A DNA stretch of 64,000 nt from Phycisphaerae bacterium. GTDB taxonomy: Bacteria > Planctomycetota > Phycisphaerae > UBA1845. The notes under the pieces are model-generated. The model had not been told where the DNA came from, did no database searches, and was given only the letters and a program-made list of their open reading frames with translations. This document shows positions 9,177 through 18,247 of the stretch, piece by piece. How positions within the stretch are numbered: position 1 is the first letter of the stretch; every line of letters starts with the position of its first letter. The stretch spans positions 1 to 64,000 of the forward strand of contig CAXXGO010000006.1 in the NCBI GenBank assembly GCA_963666835.2, written 5' to 3'. Both the position numbers and the translations under genes were made by a program.

Positions 9177-10808
9177 ATGCCGATCCTTCTGCGTAATGTG
9201 GTCCTTCAACTCGACGAGCCGGAAGACGTATTGGCACGACTCGTAGCGAGGAAGCTCCGCGTCCCAGAGACCGCGATCCGCAGCTTCGCCGTTACGCGGC
9301 GCGCGCTCGACGCTCGGAAGAAGAGAATCTCCTTCTCCTATCACATTGAGGTGGCACTTGAGGGGTCGGAACAGTCCCAACGTGCGCTCCTGAAGCGGAT
9401 GCGCCCGGGGGCGGCAATCTGGATTGAACCGGAAACAGATGCCGCCCTGGAGCCGGGGAACACGCCGTTGCCGGGCAGGCCGCATGTTATCGGGTTCGGA
9501 CCGGCCGGGATGTTCGCGGCGCTGCGTCTGGCCCAGCTCGGCTACCGGCCGGTCGTCGTCGAACGCGGTCGAGACGTGGAACGCCGAAGGCGGGACATCA
9601 CCGAACGCTTCTTTGAACGGGGCGATTTCGACCCCTCATCCAACCTGCTATTCGGTGAAGGCGGGGCGGGTACGTACAGCGACGGGAAGCTCTACACTCG
9701 CATCAACAACCCCCACTGCCGCCACGTGATCGAGACCCTCTACCAACACGGCGCCCCTCCCGAAATACTCGTCGACGCACGCCCGCATATCGGTAGCGAT
9801 CTACTGCCCCAGGTTTGCGCCAACGTCCGCCGGAGGATCGAGAAACTCGGGGGCGAGGTCCGCTTCGAGAGCCGGCTGGACGGTATTCGCCCGGGTGTTT
9901 CGCCGGAGACCCATCGAGGATCACGCCTGACGGCCATCAGGATCAACGAGCAGTGGCACGAGGCCGGACCCACGATCCTCGCCGTCGGTCACTCGGCGAG
10001 AGACACGATCCGCATGCTGGCGAGCCAGGGCGTAACGGTCGAGCCCAAGCCATTCCAGATCGGAGTGCGGATCGAACATCCGCAGGTGATGGTGGACCGT
10101 TGGCAATACGGCAAGGCCGCCGGGCACCCGCGGCTCGGACCGGCCGAGTACAACATGGTGGCGAAGGACGCCGGCGGAGAATTCGGCAACGTATTCAGCT
10201 TCTGCATGTGCCCCGGTGGGCGGATCCTCCCGGCCAACGAGTCGCCCGGGTTGATCGTCACCAACGGGGCCAGCAACTCGCGACGATCCGGACCGCTCGC
10301 CAACAGCGGATTCGTTATAACCGTCGACCCGGCCAGGATGGGAATGACCGCCGCGGACGGTTTCGCGTTCCAGGAACGATGGGAGCGGAAGGCCTACGAC
10401 CTGACCGAAGGCACATATCAGGTTCCGGCTCAACGAATCTGCGACTTCCTTGATAAGAAGGGTTCAGATGGGGCCCTGAACATCAGCCATCCGATCGGTG
10501 GCCGATGGGCCGACCTCCGCGCCGCCATGCCCGACGTCGTAATCTCTGCCATGGAGCAGGCGTTGCCGATGTTCGGCGCTCGATTCCCAGGGTTTTGCGG
10601 AAGCGAGGGAATCATGGTGGCACCGGAGACGCGGGCCAGCAGCCCCGTCCGCATCGTGCGCGATCACGTAACCCGCGAGTCTGCATCCATCGCCGGCCTG
10701 TTCCCGGTGGGCGAGGGGGCCGGGTACGCGGGCGGAATCGTCAGTAGCGCCGTCGACGGCCTGAAATCGGCGGACGAGATCATCCGCCGATACGCCCCAC
10801 CCGCGTAG
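9177..10808 (+). CDS. Uncharacterised FAD-dependent oxidoreductase (COG2509-like)
   Basis: IGFGPAG, GEGGAGTYSDGKL, FSFCMCPGG and GEGAGYAGGIVSSAVDG family motifs. Confidence 0.88.
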   Translation: MPILLRNVVLQLDEPEDVLARLVARKLRVPETAIRSFAVTRRALDARKKRISFSYHIEVALEGSEQSQRALLKRMRPGAAIWIEPETDAALEPGNTPLPGRPHVIGFGPAGMFAALRLAQLGYRPVVVERGRDVERRRRDITERFFERGDFDPSSNLLFGEGGAGTYSDGKLYTRINNPHCRHVIETLYQHGAPPEILVDARPHIGSDLLPQVCANVRRRIEKLGGEVRFESRLDGIRPGVSPETHRGSRLTAIRINEQWHEAGPTILAVGHSARDTIRMLASQGVTVEPKPFQIGVRIEHPQVMVDRWQYGKAAGHPRLGPAEYNMVAKDAGGEFGNVFSFCMCPGGRILPANESPGLIVTNGASNSRRSGPLANSGFVITVDPARMGMTAADGFAFQERWERKAYDLTEGTYQVPAQRICDFLDKKGSDGALNISHPIGGRWADLRAAMPDVVISAMEQALPMFGARFPGFCGSEGIMVAPETRASSPVRIVRDHVTRESASIAGLFPVGEGAGYAGGIVSSAVDGLKSADEIIRRYAPPA

Positions 10809-10875
10809 GGCATGGTGTAGACACAAGACCTGCCGAAAAACGAGTATCGCGAGAAGACTATGGCCACTCAGCCCG

Positions 10876-10952
10876 TCGGGCAATTCCTGAAACGGGCGCC
10901 GGCCCTTCGGGACGGTTGCCCGCATGCCCGCCCGACAGGGTCCGCACCGTCG
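10876..10952 (-). mobile_element. Decayed fragment of the MITE family (see 16472, 17969, 19738, 47400)
   Basis: CCCTTCGGGACGGTTGCCCGCATG...GACAGGGT resembles the right end of copy C (20284-20334); the upstream part matches an internal segment of copy A in reverse. Confidence 0.5.
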
Positions 10953-11009
10953 GACACACACGGCCAACCCACTTCGGCGGGCCAAGCGACTGCGTTCGCC
11001 GCTGACGTG

Positions 11010-11038
11010 TTGCCCGATCATGTTTCCCAGGGCATAGT
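11010..11038 (+). promoter_or_regulatory. Putative sigma70 promoter giving a leaderless repressor mRNA
   Basis: TTGCCC-N17-CATAGT followed by the GTG start after a 6-nt gap; no Shine-Dalgarno. Confidence 0.4.
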
Positions 11039-11044
11039 GGTCGC

Positions 11045-11713
11045 GTGGCCACCAGGGATGACGATTCAATTATCAGAAAGCGGGCTACCGAATCTATCGG
11101 GGCTCGGATCCGGCGGAGACGGCGGGAGCTGGGCATGTCGCAGACCACCCTGGCCGAGACCGCCGGCGTCAACCAGGGTTACATCTCCGAGATCGAGCGG
11201 GGGTTGGCCCACCCTCGTCCGCGGACCATCGACGCTCTGGCCATCGCGCTCAATCTGCCGCAAGGCGTGTTGATCGGCGGAGGGGATGACCACGACTCTC
11301 CTCAACCGCTGGAAACGCGCGAATTACCGCTTTTCGGTTCGATCCCGGCCGGAGCGCCGAGCGAATCGCAAGAGCAGTTCGAGTTGTTCCCCGTACTGCG
11401 TCACCAATGGTCCCCGGAGCACTACTGCCTTCGACTGTCGTTCGACAGTATGGAACCGACCCTCAAGCCCGGGGACATTGTACTCGTTCATTACCGTCCC
11501 GACGTCGATCCCGCGCACATTCAAGGTCGGGTCTGCGCGTGCCTAGTCGACGGCCAGCCGACCCTAAAACGGGTCACCTTGGAATGGAGTGACGGCGAGC
11601 CCGTAATCATCCTCCGCGGCGACAACCCGCGAACGCCCCCGTTGCTGATCGATCAATCCCGCGAATTCGCCATCCAGGGCATCGTCATCCGCCTCGTCTG
11701 CCGGGACCTATAG
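11045..11713 (+). CDS. XRE-type HTH plus S24 peptidase repressor (LexA/CI-like)
   Basis: Cro/CI HTH (SQTTLAE...YISEIERG), PAG cleavage site, SMEP catalytic Ser, TLKR catalytic Lys. Confidence 0.9.
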   Translation: MATRDDDSIIRKRATESIGARIRRRRRELGMSQTTLAETAGVNQGYISEIERGLAHPRPRTIDALAIALNLPQGVLIGGGDDHDSPQPLETRELPLFGSIPAGAPSESQEQFELFPVLRHQWSPEHYCLRLSFDSMEPTLKPGDIVLVHYRPDVDPAHIQGRVCACLVDGQPTLKRVTLEWSDGEPVIILRGDNPRTPPLLIDQSREFAIQGIVIRLVCRDL

Positions 11714-11716
11714 CGT

Positions 11717-11803
11717 AAAAAGGGTCGGGAGTCTTTTTTGGAAACAGGAGAGGATCCGTTCCTGGGGCGAGAGAACGACAAAAAAGACTCCCGACCCCTT
11801 TTT
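11717..11803. repeat. Palindromic element family P (arms AAAAGGGGTCGGGAGTCTTT / AAAGACTCCCGACCCCTTTT)
   Basis: Two inverted arms between convergent genes; the right arm abuts the DUF481 stop codon. Confidence 0.85.
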
Positions 11804-12872
11804 ACTTCAATGACAACACTATGCTCGTGTAGTACAGGTTGTCCAGGCGGTCGAAGCCCGGTTGAGGCCTGGAGTTGTAGTCATTCCGCATGCCGAGCTT
11901 CCAGGCCCATCGATCATCCTTGAAAGGAAAGACCAGCGCCGTGTCCAGTTTGAGCCGGTAATCTTCAAACTCCAGGAAATCCGGGCTATACACCGTCGAG
12001 TGAGTGAACTGCGCCCACGGGGTAAGGTCCACGCGATAGTCTAACCCTAAGTCCAGCACGGCGTCGTCCGACGAACGCCCGGTGTCGTACGATTCATGCC
12101 GGTAGCCCACGCCCGCACTGGTTTTCAGCTCGTGTTCCGGCTTCTTCAACCAGTAGTATCCTGCACCGGTCGCAACAGTAGCGCGGAGGTCTATGCCCTC
12201 GAACTCATCGAATTCCAGCTCGGTTCGCGCATACCAGTACCAGCGGTCGGTAATCTTGTTCTCGTAACGGATACCACCGAAATACTCGTTCGCCGTGCGC
12301 CGGTCGTTATCGTCGGCATACTTGCCGGCCAAGTAGAAATGCAGCAGATCGTCCTTCGTTTTTCGCTTCGCGTCGAACCGGCCGTGCCCCTCCAACGTAT
12401 CGGTGTTGCCGTCAGTAGCACTGGCGCCGGCCTCCAACGCGACCGTCCACTTGGGCTTGGCCGCCGCTATTTCCTCATCCGCCTTCTTGCGAATGGCGAC
12501 GATCTCCGGGCTCTCCGTTCCTTCCGGCCAGAGCATCGTAACGGTGTCCGGAGAAATCGGTATGTCGCCCAGCGCAGACCGGACGACACTTGTATCGCCG
12601 GCCGGCGACGAATCGATAGCACCTACCAGTTTATCGCCGCTGCTTACCGCGACATTAACCGGCTTATCCGTCGAGATTCCCGTAATCTTAGATGCGTCGA
12701 TCTCTAATCTGCCGGCTATCTCGGTTTGGATGACGAGCTTCCCGCCGGAGATCTGTTCGACCGTTCCGACAAGCCTGGTTCCGTCGGAGGTTGTAACGAC
12801 GTCGGCCAACAACGTCACCACCGGGAGGAACACGATGCCAACGCTTAACACCTGCAACCGGAATTTTCTCAT
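11802..12872 (-). CDS. DUF481 (YdiY-like) outer-membrane beta-barrel with N-terminal extension
   Basis: Signal peptide, ATDGNTDT start of the barrel, alternating aromatic beta-strands, GAGYYW and GYRHESY; start moved to the ATG with a GGAAGG/AGGA RBS. Confidence 0.8.
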   Translation of the reverse strand: MRKFRLQVLSVGIVFLPVVTLLADVVTTSDGTRLVGTVEQISGGKLVIQTEIAGRLEIDASKITGISTDKPVNVAVSSGDKLVGAIDSSPAGDTSVVRSALGDIPISPDTVTMLWPEGTESPEIVAIRKKADEEIAAAKPKWTVALEAGASATDGNTDTLEGHGRFDAKRKTKDDLLHFYLAGKYADDNDRRTANEYFGGIRYENKITDRWYWYARTELEFDEFEGIDLRATVATGAGYYWLKKPEHELKTSAGVGYRHESYDTGRSSDDAVLDLGLDYRVDLTPWAQFTHSTVYSPDFLEFEDYRLKLDTALVFPFKDDRWAWKLGMRNDYNSRPQPGFDRLDNLYYTSIVLSLK

Positions 12873-12973
12873 CGTTCCTGCCTTCCCGTGCATATCACAT
12901 CGCATCGTGGCGCCGAACCGTGCAGTGCGGCCGACCCTTGAGCCTGGCGCCACTTAGCGGCAGCCGGTTCCGT

Positions 12974-13198
12974 CTAGTCGTCGTCCACATCAAACATATC
13001 GTTTACGGCGTCGGTGATGTAAGCGTCCAACGGCGTGAGAATGGCACCGCGGATCAGTTGGATGATCGCCTCGCGTCCATCCAGCGTCTGGGTTATCGTA
13101 ATCGTGCCGAGGTCGCACCCGCCCAATTGACAAAGCACGCCCAAACCGCATAGCAGCCCCAGTGACTTCGCGCGCATTTTGGCCAGCCGAGATCGCAT
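12974..13198 (-). CDS. Small lipoprotein-like protein (74 aa)
   Basis: GGAGAG RBS, basic N-terminus, hydrophobic core, QLGG-C lipobox, 47-aa mature part with acidic tail. Confidence 0.7.
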   Translation of the reverse strand: MRSRLAKMRAKSLGLLCGLGVLCQLGGCDLGTITITQTLDGREAIIQLIRGAILTPLDAYITDAVNDMFDVDDD

Positions 13199-13302
13199 CA
13201 CGTTGACTCTCCATTTGCTCAAGAACGCCATGACCTAACACAAGAGACAGCAAAAGGACCGTAGCAACCGCGTCCGCCCTCGTCAACACACAGAAAAGAC
13301 AG

Positions 13303-13394
13303 AAAAGGGGTCGGGAGTCTTTTATTAGGGGGCAGAGGAGGGAGTGCCTCGGGGGCAGCAGCCCCCCCCTAGAAAAGACTCCCGACCCCTTTTT
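13303..13394. repeat. Palindromic element family P
   Basis: AAAAGGGGTCGGGAGTCTTTT ... AAAAGACTCCCGACCCCTTTT. Confidence 0.85.
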
Positions 13395-13564
13395 GCCATT
13401 GACTTGCGAGCGGCCAACATCGACGATCATGGGGCGGTACCGGTCGAGGAGTTGCCTGCACCCGGGCGAAGAGCGTAAACGAAGGCGGCCGCTCACAGCA
13501 GGCGGCCGGGCTGCACCTCGGCAACGGCAGCTCGGTACACCACGACGATCGGCGGAGTCTGAGA

Positions 13565-14719
13565 ATGGCCGAATCGCAACGGCAAGAGTTGATGGGCAGC
13601 GGAATGGACGTCAGCCGACCAGCGGACGATACCGTGCATCTGCGGCTGTACGGAAGCTGGAAGATGCACGCCGGGTTACCGCCGTCCGCTGATGTGCTCG
13701 AACTACTGACGACCGACCCCGCGATTCGGCGTCTCACGTTCGATACAACGGGGCTGACCGGCTGGGACTCCGGCTTGCTGACCTTCCTACTGCGGATCCT
13801 CGACTACTGCACCGACCACAACCTCGAGGCGGATCGATCCGGTTTGCCGGACGGGGTCCGGCGCCTGCTGACTCTGGCTTCGGCGGTACCGGAAAAGACC
13901 GACACTAGGCAGACAACGAAACGCCCGTCACTCGTCGCGCGATTGGGTGAACAGGCCCTCAACGTGGGCACCGCCGCCGCGGATATGCTCCGCTTTCTTG
14001 GTGAATCCGCCCTTGCGGGCGCGGCGCTGGTGCGCGGCAGGGCGCGGTTTCGCCAGTGTGATTTCGCCCTGACGGTCCAGGAGTGTGGAGCCCAGGCCCT
14101 GGGTATCGTTTCCCTGATAAGTTTCTTGATCGGTCTGATCCTCGCTTTCGTCGGAGCAATCCAACTGCAGCAGTTCGGGGCCCAGATCTATGTGGCGGAT
14201 CTTGTGGGAATCGGCATGGCCCGCGAAATGGGTGCCATGATGACGGCAATAATCATGGCCGGGCGTACAGGCGCGGCCTTCGCCGCCCAGCTCGGCACGA
14301 TGACCGTCAACGAGGAAGTCGATGCCCTCAGGACGCTGGGGATTTCGCCGATGGAGTTTCTGGTCTTGCCGCGGATGTCAGCCCTGGCGTTGATGATGCC
14401 ACTTCTATGTCTCTACGCCGACCTGGTCGGCATGCTGGGCGGATTGGTCGTTGGAACCGGGATGCTCGATCTGTCTTTCACACAGTACGTCAACGAAACC
14501 ATCGCGGCCGTGAGCCTGGCGGATATCGTGGTCGGAGTGTCTAAGAGCGTGGTGTTCGGCATTCTGGTAGCTCTCTCGGGCTGCCTGCGCGGGATGCAGT
14601 GCGGGCGCAGTTCGGCCGCGGTCGGCATTGCCGCCACCTCGGCCGTGGTGACGGCCATCGTATTGATTATCATGACCGATGCGGTATTCGCCGTCGTGAC
14701 GAACGAGATCGGAGTCTAG
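13565..14719 (+). CDS. mlaE: MlaE-family ABC permease with N-terminal STAS-like domain
   Basis: REMGAMMTAIIMAGRTGAAFAAQLGTMTVNEEVDAL signature; WDSGL STAS-like N-terminus. Confidence 0.92.
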   Translation: MAESQRQELMGSGMDVSRPADDTVHLRLYGSWKMHAGLPPSADVLELLTTDPAIRRLTFDTTGLTGWDSGLLTFLLRILDYCTDHNLEADRSGLPDGVRRLLTLASAVPEKTDTRQTTKRPSLVARLGEQALNVGTAAADMLRFLGESALAGAALVRGRARFRQCDFALTVQECGAQALGIVSLISFLIGLILAFVGAIQLQQFGAQIYVADLVGIGMAREMGAMMTAIIMAGRTGAAFAAQLGTMTVNEEVDALRTLGISPMEFLVLPRMSALALMMPLLCLYADLVGMLGGLVVGTGMLDLSFTQYVNETIAAVSLADIVVGVSKSVVFGILVALSGCLRGMQCGRSSAAVGIAATSAVVTAIVLIIMTDAVFAVVTNEIGV

Positions 14720-14743
14720 CGCCGAGATGGGTATGGACGAGCT

Positions 14744-15802
14744 ATGAGCAGGAAAGCAAACCCGACGGTTATTGGCGGATTCATCCTCGGCGCCGTAGCT
14801 CTGGGCGTTGCCGGAGTGATCTACTTCGGCAGCGGGCAGTTCATGGCGAAGACCAGCAGCTTCGTTCTTTACTTCGACGGCTCGCTGGCCGGGCTCTCCG
14901 CCGGAGCGCCCGTGAACTTCCGCGGGTTCAAGATCGGCACGGTGACTGATATCGTGGTCCGCTATGACCGGCGAGATCACAGCGTACGGGTCCCGGTGTA
15001 TATCGAGATCGACTCGAGCCGCATCGAAGAGGTGCGCGGCGGGTATCAGCCGGACGATCCGCGGGAGATTGTCGATGCGATGGTCGAGCGGGGGCTGCGC
15101 GCCGAGCTCGTCCTGCAGAGCCTGGTAACCGGGCAGATGGCCGTACAGTTCGACTTCCACAAAGATGCGCCCATCAACCTGACCGGGGCGGACCCTACTC
15201 ATGTTGAGCTTCCCACCATTCCCAACTCCATCGAGGAGCTGACCAAGACGATTGCGAATCTGCCTATCGATGAACTCACCGCGGAACTTCGCAGCGTGGT
15301 CCAGGGGATCGACCAGCTCGTTCACTCTGAAGAAGCGCAAAACGCGATCCGTTCTCTTAACCAGACCCTCAAGGATTACGGGGAGTTGGCCCGCCATTTG
15401 GACAGCAAAGTCGATCCGATCTCGCAGAATATTGAGACCAACGTCACCGCTGCGGTCGACGCCGTCCAGCAGGTGGCCGACTCGATCACCGCGGCCGAGG
15501 TCGCTTTGTGCGAGACCCTCGACGATGCACGGAAACTGATCCGGAACGTGGACGGTCAGGTCGAACCGGCGGTGGCGAGCTTCGAGGCCGCCGCGGAGGC
15601 GGCGCGGAGTTCACTCAACCGAGCGGAGGAGCTGCTCAAAACGGCGAACGAGGTGATCGGTCGGGACTCCGAGCTGCACTACAAGCTCACCGCGGCCCTT
15701 GAGGAGCTTTCAGATGCCGCCCGTTCGATCCGGTCTCTGGCGGACTATCTTGAACAGCATCCGGAAGCCTTGCTCCAAGGCAAGCGGGGCATGGGAGGAT
15801 AA
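14744..15802 (+). CDS. mlaD: MlaD/MCE-domain protein (PqiB-like)
   Basis: N-terminal TM helix, GLSAGAPVNFRGFKIGTV, coiled coil, C-terminal YLEQHPEALLQG. Confidence 0.9.
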   Translation: MSRKANPTVIGGFILGAVALGVAGVIYFGSGQFMAKTSSFVLYFDGSLAGLSAGAPVNFRGFKIGTVTDIVVRYDRRDHSVRVPVYIEIDSSRIEEVRGGYQPDDPREIVDAMVERGLRAELVLQSLVTGQMAVQFDFHKDAPINLTGADPTHVELPTIPNSIEELTKTIANLPIDELTAELRSVVQGIDQLVHSEEAQNAIRSLNQTLKDYGELARHLDSKVDPISQNIETNVTAAVDAVQQVADSITAAEVALCETLDDARKLIRNVDGQVEPAVASFEAAAEAARSSLNRAEELLKTANEVIGRDSELHYKLTAALEELSDAARSIRSLADYLEQHPEALLQGKRGMGG

Positions 15803-16410
15803 TGATGCAGACACTCTTGTTAAGAACGATCGCTCTTGGTGCCATTATGGTGGCTCTTGGTGGCTGTGCCCGGTCTGAAAACGCGCGGTTCTATACGCTG
15901 CAGAGCACGGCGACACCGACGGTCGGGGAAGCGGCTACCGGCTCGAAACAGATCACGGTGGTCGTCGGGCCGATAGAGATCCCGGAGTATCTCGATCGCC
16001 CGCAGATCGTCACCCGCAGCGGTTCCCACCGACTTACACTCGCCGAGTTCGATCGGTGGGCCGAGCCGGTGAAGCAGCGGTTTCCCCGGGTTCTGGCGGA
16101 GAATCTCGCCGTTCTTTTGGCCACCGATCGCGTGGTGGTGGCTCCCTGGCAAAGCGCGGCCTCGCTGGACTACCGGGTGGCCGTAGACGTGATCCGCTTT
16201 GAAGGCGCGCCGGGCGGCGAGGTGGAACTGGTGGCCCGCTGGATGGTCTTGGGCTCGGAAGGGGACGAGATTGCCCCGATGAAAAAGTCGAGCCTTGTCG
16301 TTAGAGCAAACTCCCCCGGCTACGACGGCTTAGCCGCGGCAATGAGCCAAGCCATTGCAGACCTAAGCCGCCACATAGCCGCGGCGATCAGAACGGCGAA
16401 GTGCAGATAA
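15802..16410 (+). CDS. pqiC: PqiC-family lipoprotein
   Basis: LGGC lipobox, IPEYLDRPQIV and RWAEP motifs. Confidence 0.9.
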   Translation: MMQTLLLRTIALGAIMVALGGCARSENARFYTLQSTATPTVGEAATGSKQITVVVGPIEIPEYLDRPQIVTRSGSHRLTLAEFDRWAEPVKQRFPRVLAENLAVLLATDRVVVAPWQSAASLDYRVAVDVIRFEGAPGGEVELVARWMVLGSEGDEIAPMKKSSLVVRANSPGYDGLAAAMSQAIADLSRHIAAAIRTAKCR

Positions 16411-16431
16411 AAGGGGTCGGGAGTGGTTTTT
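16409..16431 (+). repeat. Left arm of a family P element (partner arm at 20381-20401)
   Basis: TAA-AAGGGGTCGGGAGTGGTTTT begins inside the pqiC stop codon. Confidence 0.75.
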
Positions 16432-16471
16432 GGAGCAACTGCCTCGGGAGTATGGTAGATTGGGCGCTGCC

Positions 16472-16846
16472 AAATGCCACTAACCATGTCAGGCCACCAT
16501 GCGGCTAACCGTCCCGAAGGGACGTAGGCGTGTAGCCACGGGTGCAGTGCAACGGAACCCGTGGGTGAGATTCGCTCCCCACGTACTCCCGTCCCGAAGG
16601 GCCGGCGGACGGTTTGAGAGATTGCTCGAATGGCTACAGACCGCGGACGGCAATCGGCTTCGGAGGCTTCGCCACCACGCCACAACCCTCGATGGGGTTG
16701 ATCTTTGATGTGACCGTAATCCCAGGGTAGCCGCTGCGCGGCAACCCTGGGCTGCAGGACGAAACGCCGTTGGCGTACTCGGACGGGACGCAGTCCGCAC
16801 ATCAGAGAGAACTCTCTCGCCTCGCCTGCCAGGGTTAGTGCGATTG
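16472..16846 (+). mobile_element. MITE copy A (non-coding, degenerate TIRs)
   Basis: Ends AAATGCCACTAACCATGTCAGG / CCTGCCAGGGTTAGTGCGATTG; internal homology to copies B, C and D; flanked by REP halves GTAG..GGGCGCTGCC / GGCAGCGCCCGACCTAC. Confidence 0.7.
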
Positions 16847-17053
16847 GGCAGCGCCCGACCTACTCGGCTGTCTTCGGTTTTGCCCTGCGGGATCTTCATG
16901 CAGGCCGCGTAGGCGGTTGGTCAGGGGGGGGCGACGGGGCACCCGCTCGGGTAACTGCTGTTTGGACGGATGCATACCGTGGATTCAAGAGTCACCAGAG
17001 GGCTATAGTATGATGGGCGATGGGCTCGGCAAGCGTTCTTGAGGTCAGGCGAT

Positions 17054-17917
17054 ATGGACGGCTCAGCTCAGTCAGATGGACAGAACTGCCGGCATGACGG
17101 CGCCATCACCCGCGATCTGCGGTGCCCCGGTTGCCGCTACTGTCTGCTGGGCCTGCCGATCGAGGGGCGGTGTCCCGAGTGCGGCTTTGCGTATGTTGCG
17201 CAGCATCCGAATGCAGCGAAGACAGTCGATTGGTTCAGCCGGCAGATTCCGGCCGTATGGCGATGCGGTATCTCGCCCCGGCTTGCCGTTCGGCATCCGG
17301 TTGTTCCGTTTGTGACAGTACTTCTGACGGCGTGCGTCAGTTCGGCGTTAGTAGTTGCCGGCTTCTGCCTCGCAACCAAGTTCGGATTCATGTTTGCCAC
17401 ACCCGAATACCCGCCTCGGGAGAACGTTCTTGCGTCCTTCGGCATCTATGGTGTTCGCGGCGGTCTCTTGCGATGGAAGCTCTATGGGATTCGGCATTAC
17501 GCCACATTGTGGTTCTTCGGTCAGACCCTCGTGGGTATGGGTGTTTGGTGCTTGTATGCGATAGGGAGTAGATCCGTCGGCAAGAATGGGCGCATTCTCC
17601 GTCGTCTCGGTCTGCTTGCGGCCTGCAGCTCCACCCCGGTGTTGCTCTTACCGGGGCTCATCGTTTCGTTGTGGCAAATCCCGAGCGTGATTGCGCCCAA
17701 AGCGTGGTCTACCAATATCGACTTGCCACTGGTGTATCGTATGCGATTCCAACTAGCCCTGGATTTCGTCCAGGCGACGGGCACGGTTCTCCTTATGCTC
17801 ACATCAGTCTGGATCACGACACGGATAATGCGGCGCCACAGCGCCTTTGCGCGACGGCTGCGACAAAGCCTGGCAAACGTGCGCGCCGCCGATGGACCCG
17901 GCGACAGTGCCACATAG
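17054..17917 (+). CDS. Hypothetical membrane protein with N-terminal Zn-ribbon
   Basis: CPGCRYCLLGLPIEGRCPECG followed by about four hydrophobic segments. Confidence 0.7.
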   Translation: MDGSAQSDGQNCRHDGAITRDLRCPGCRYCLLGLPIEGRCPECGFAYVAQHPNAAKTVDWFSRQIPAVWRCGISPRLAVRHPVVPFVTVLLTACVSSALVVAGFCLATKFGFMFATPEYPPRENVLASFGIYGVRGGLLRWKLYGIRHYATLWFFGQTLVGMGVWCLYAIGSRSVGKNGRILRRLGLLAACSSTPVLLLPGLIVSLWQIPSVIAPKAWSTNIDLPLVYRMRFQLALDFVQATGTVLLMLTSVWITTRIMRRHSAFARRLRQSLANVRAADGPGDSAT

Positions 17918-17968
17918 ATCGGTCTCAGTCGTTACATAACTACATAGTGCGGCAGGTTTGGCTCTGCC

Positions 17969-18247
17969 CAACGCCGCTAACCATGTCAGCCCGCCGTGCG
18001 GCTAACCGTCCCGAAGAAATGCAGGCATTCGGCCCCCGGGGGGGCGTCTCGTTGTTCGGCACATCTCTGCCCAACGAGTGAAGCGTATCCGTCCGACTCC
18101 GCGGCGCCGTATTCCTCAACCTGACAAGCCGCAGGCCGGCTCGGTCCTCAGGCTGGAGGACGAAACGCTCTTGGCGTACTCGAACGAAACGCAGTCTGCA
18201 CATCAGAGAGAACTCTCTCGCCTCGTCTTCCAAGGTTACTACGATTG
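17969..18247 (+). mobile_element. MITE copy B (more degenerate)
   Basis: CAACGCCGCTAACCATGTCAG ... CCAAGGTTACTACGATTG; shares CACATCAGAGAGAACTCTCTCGCCTCG with copy A. Confidence 0.65.
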
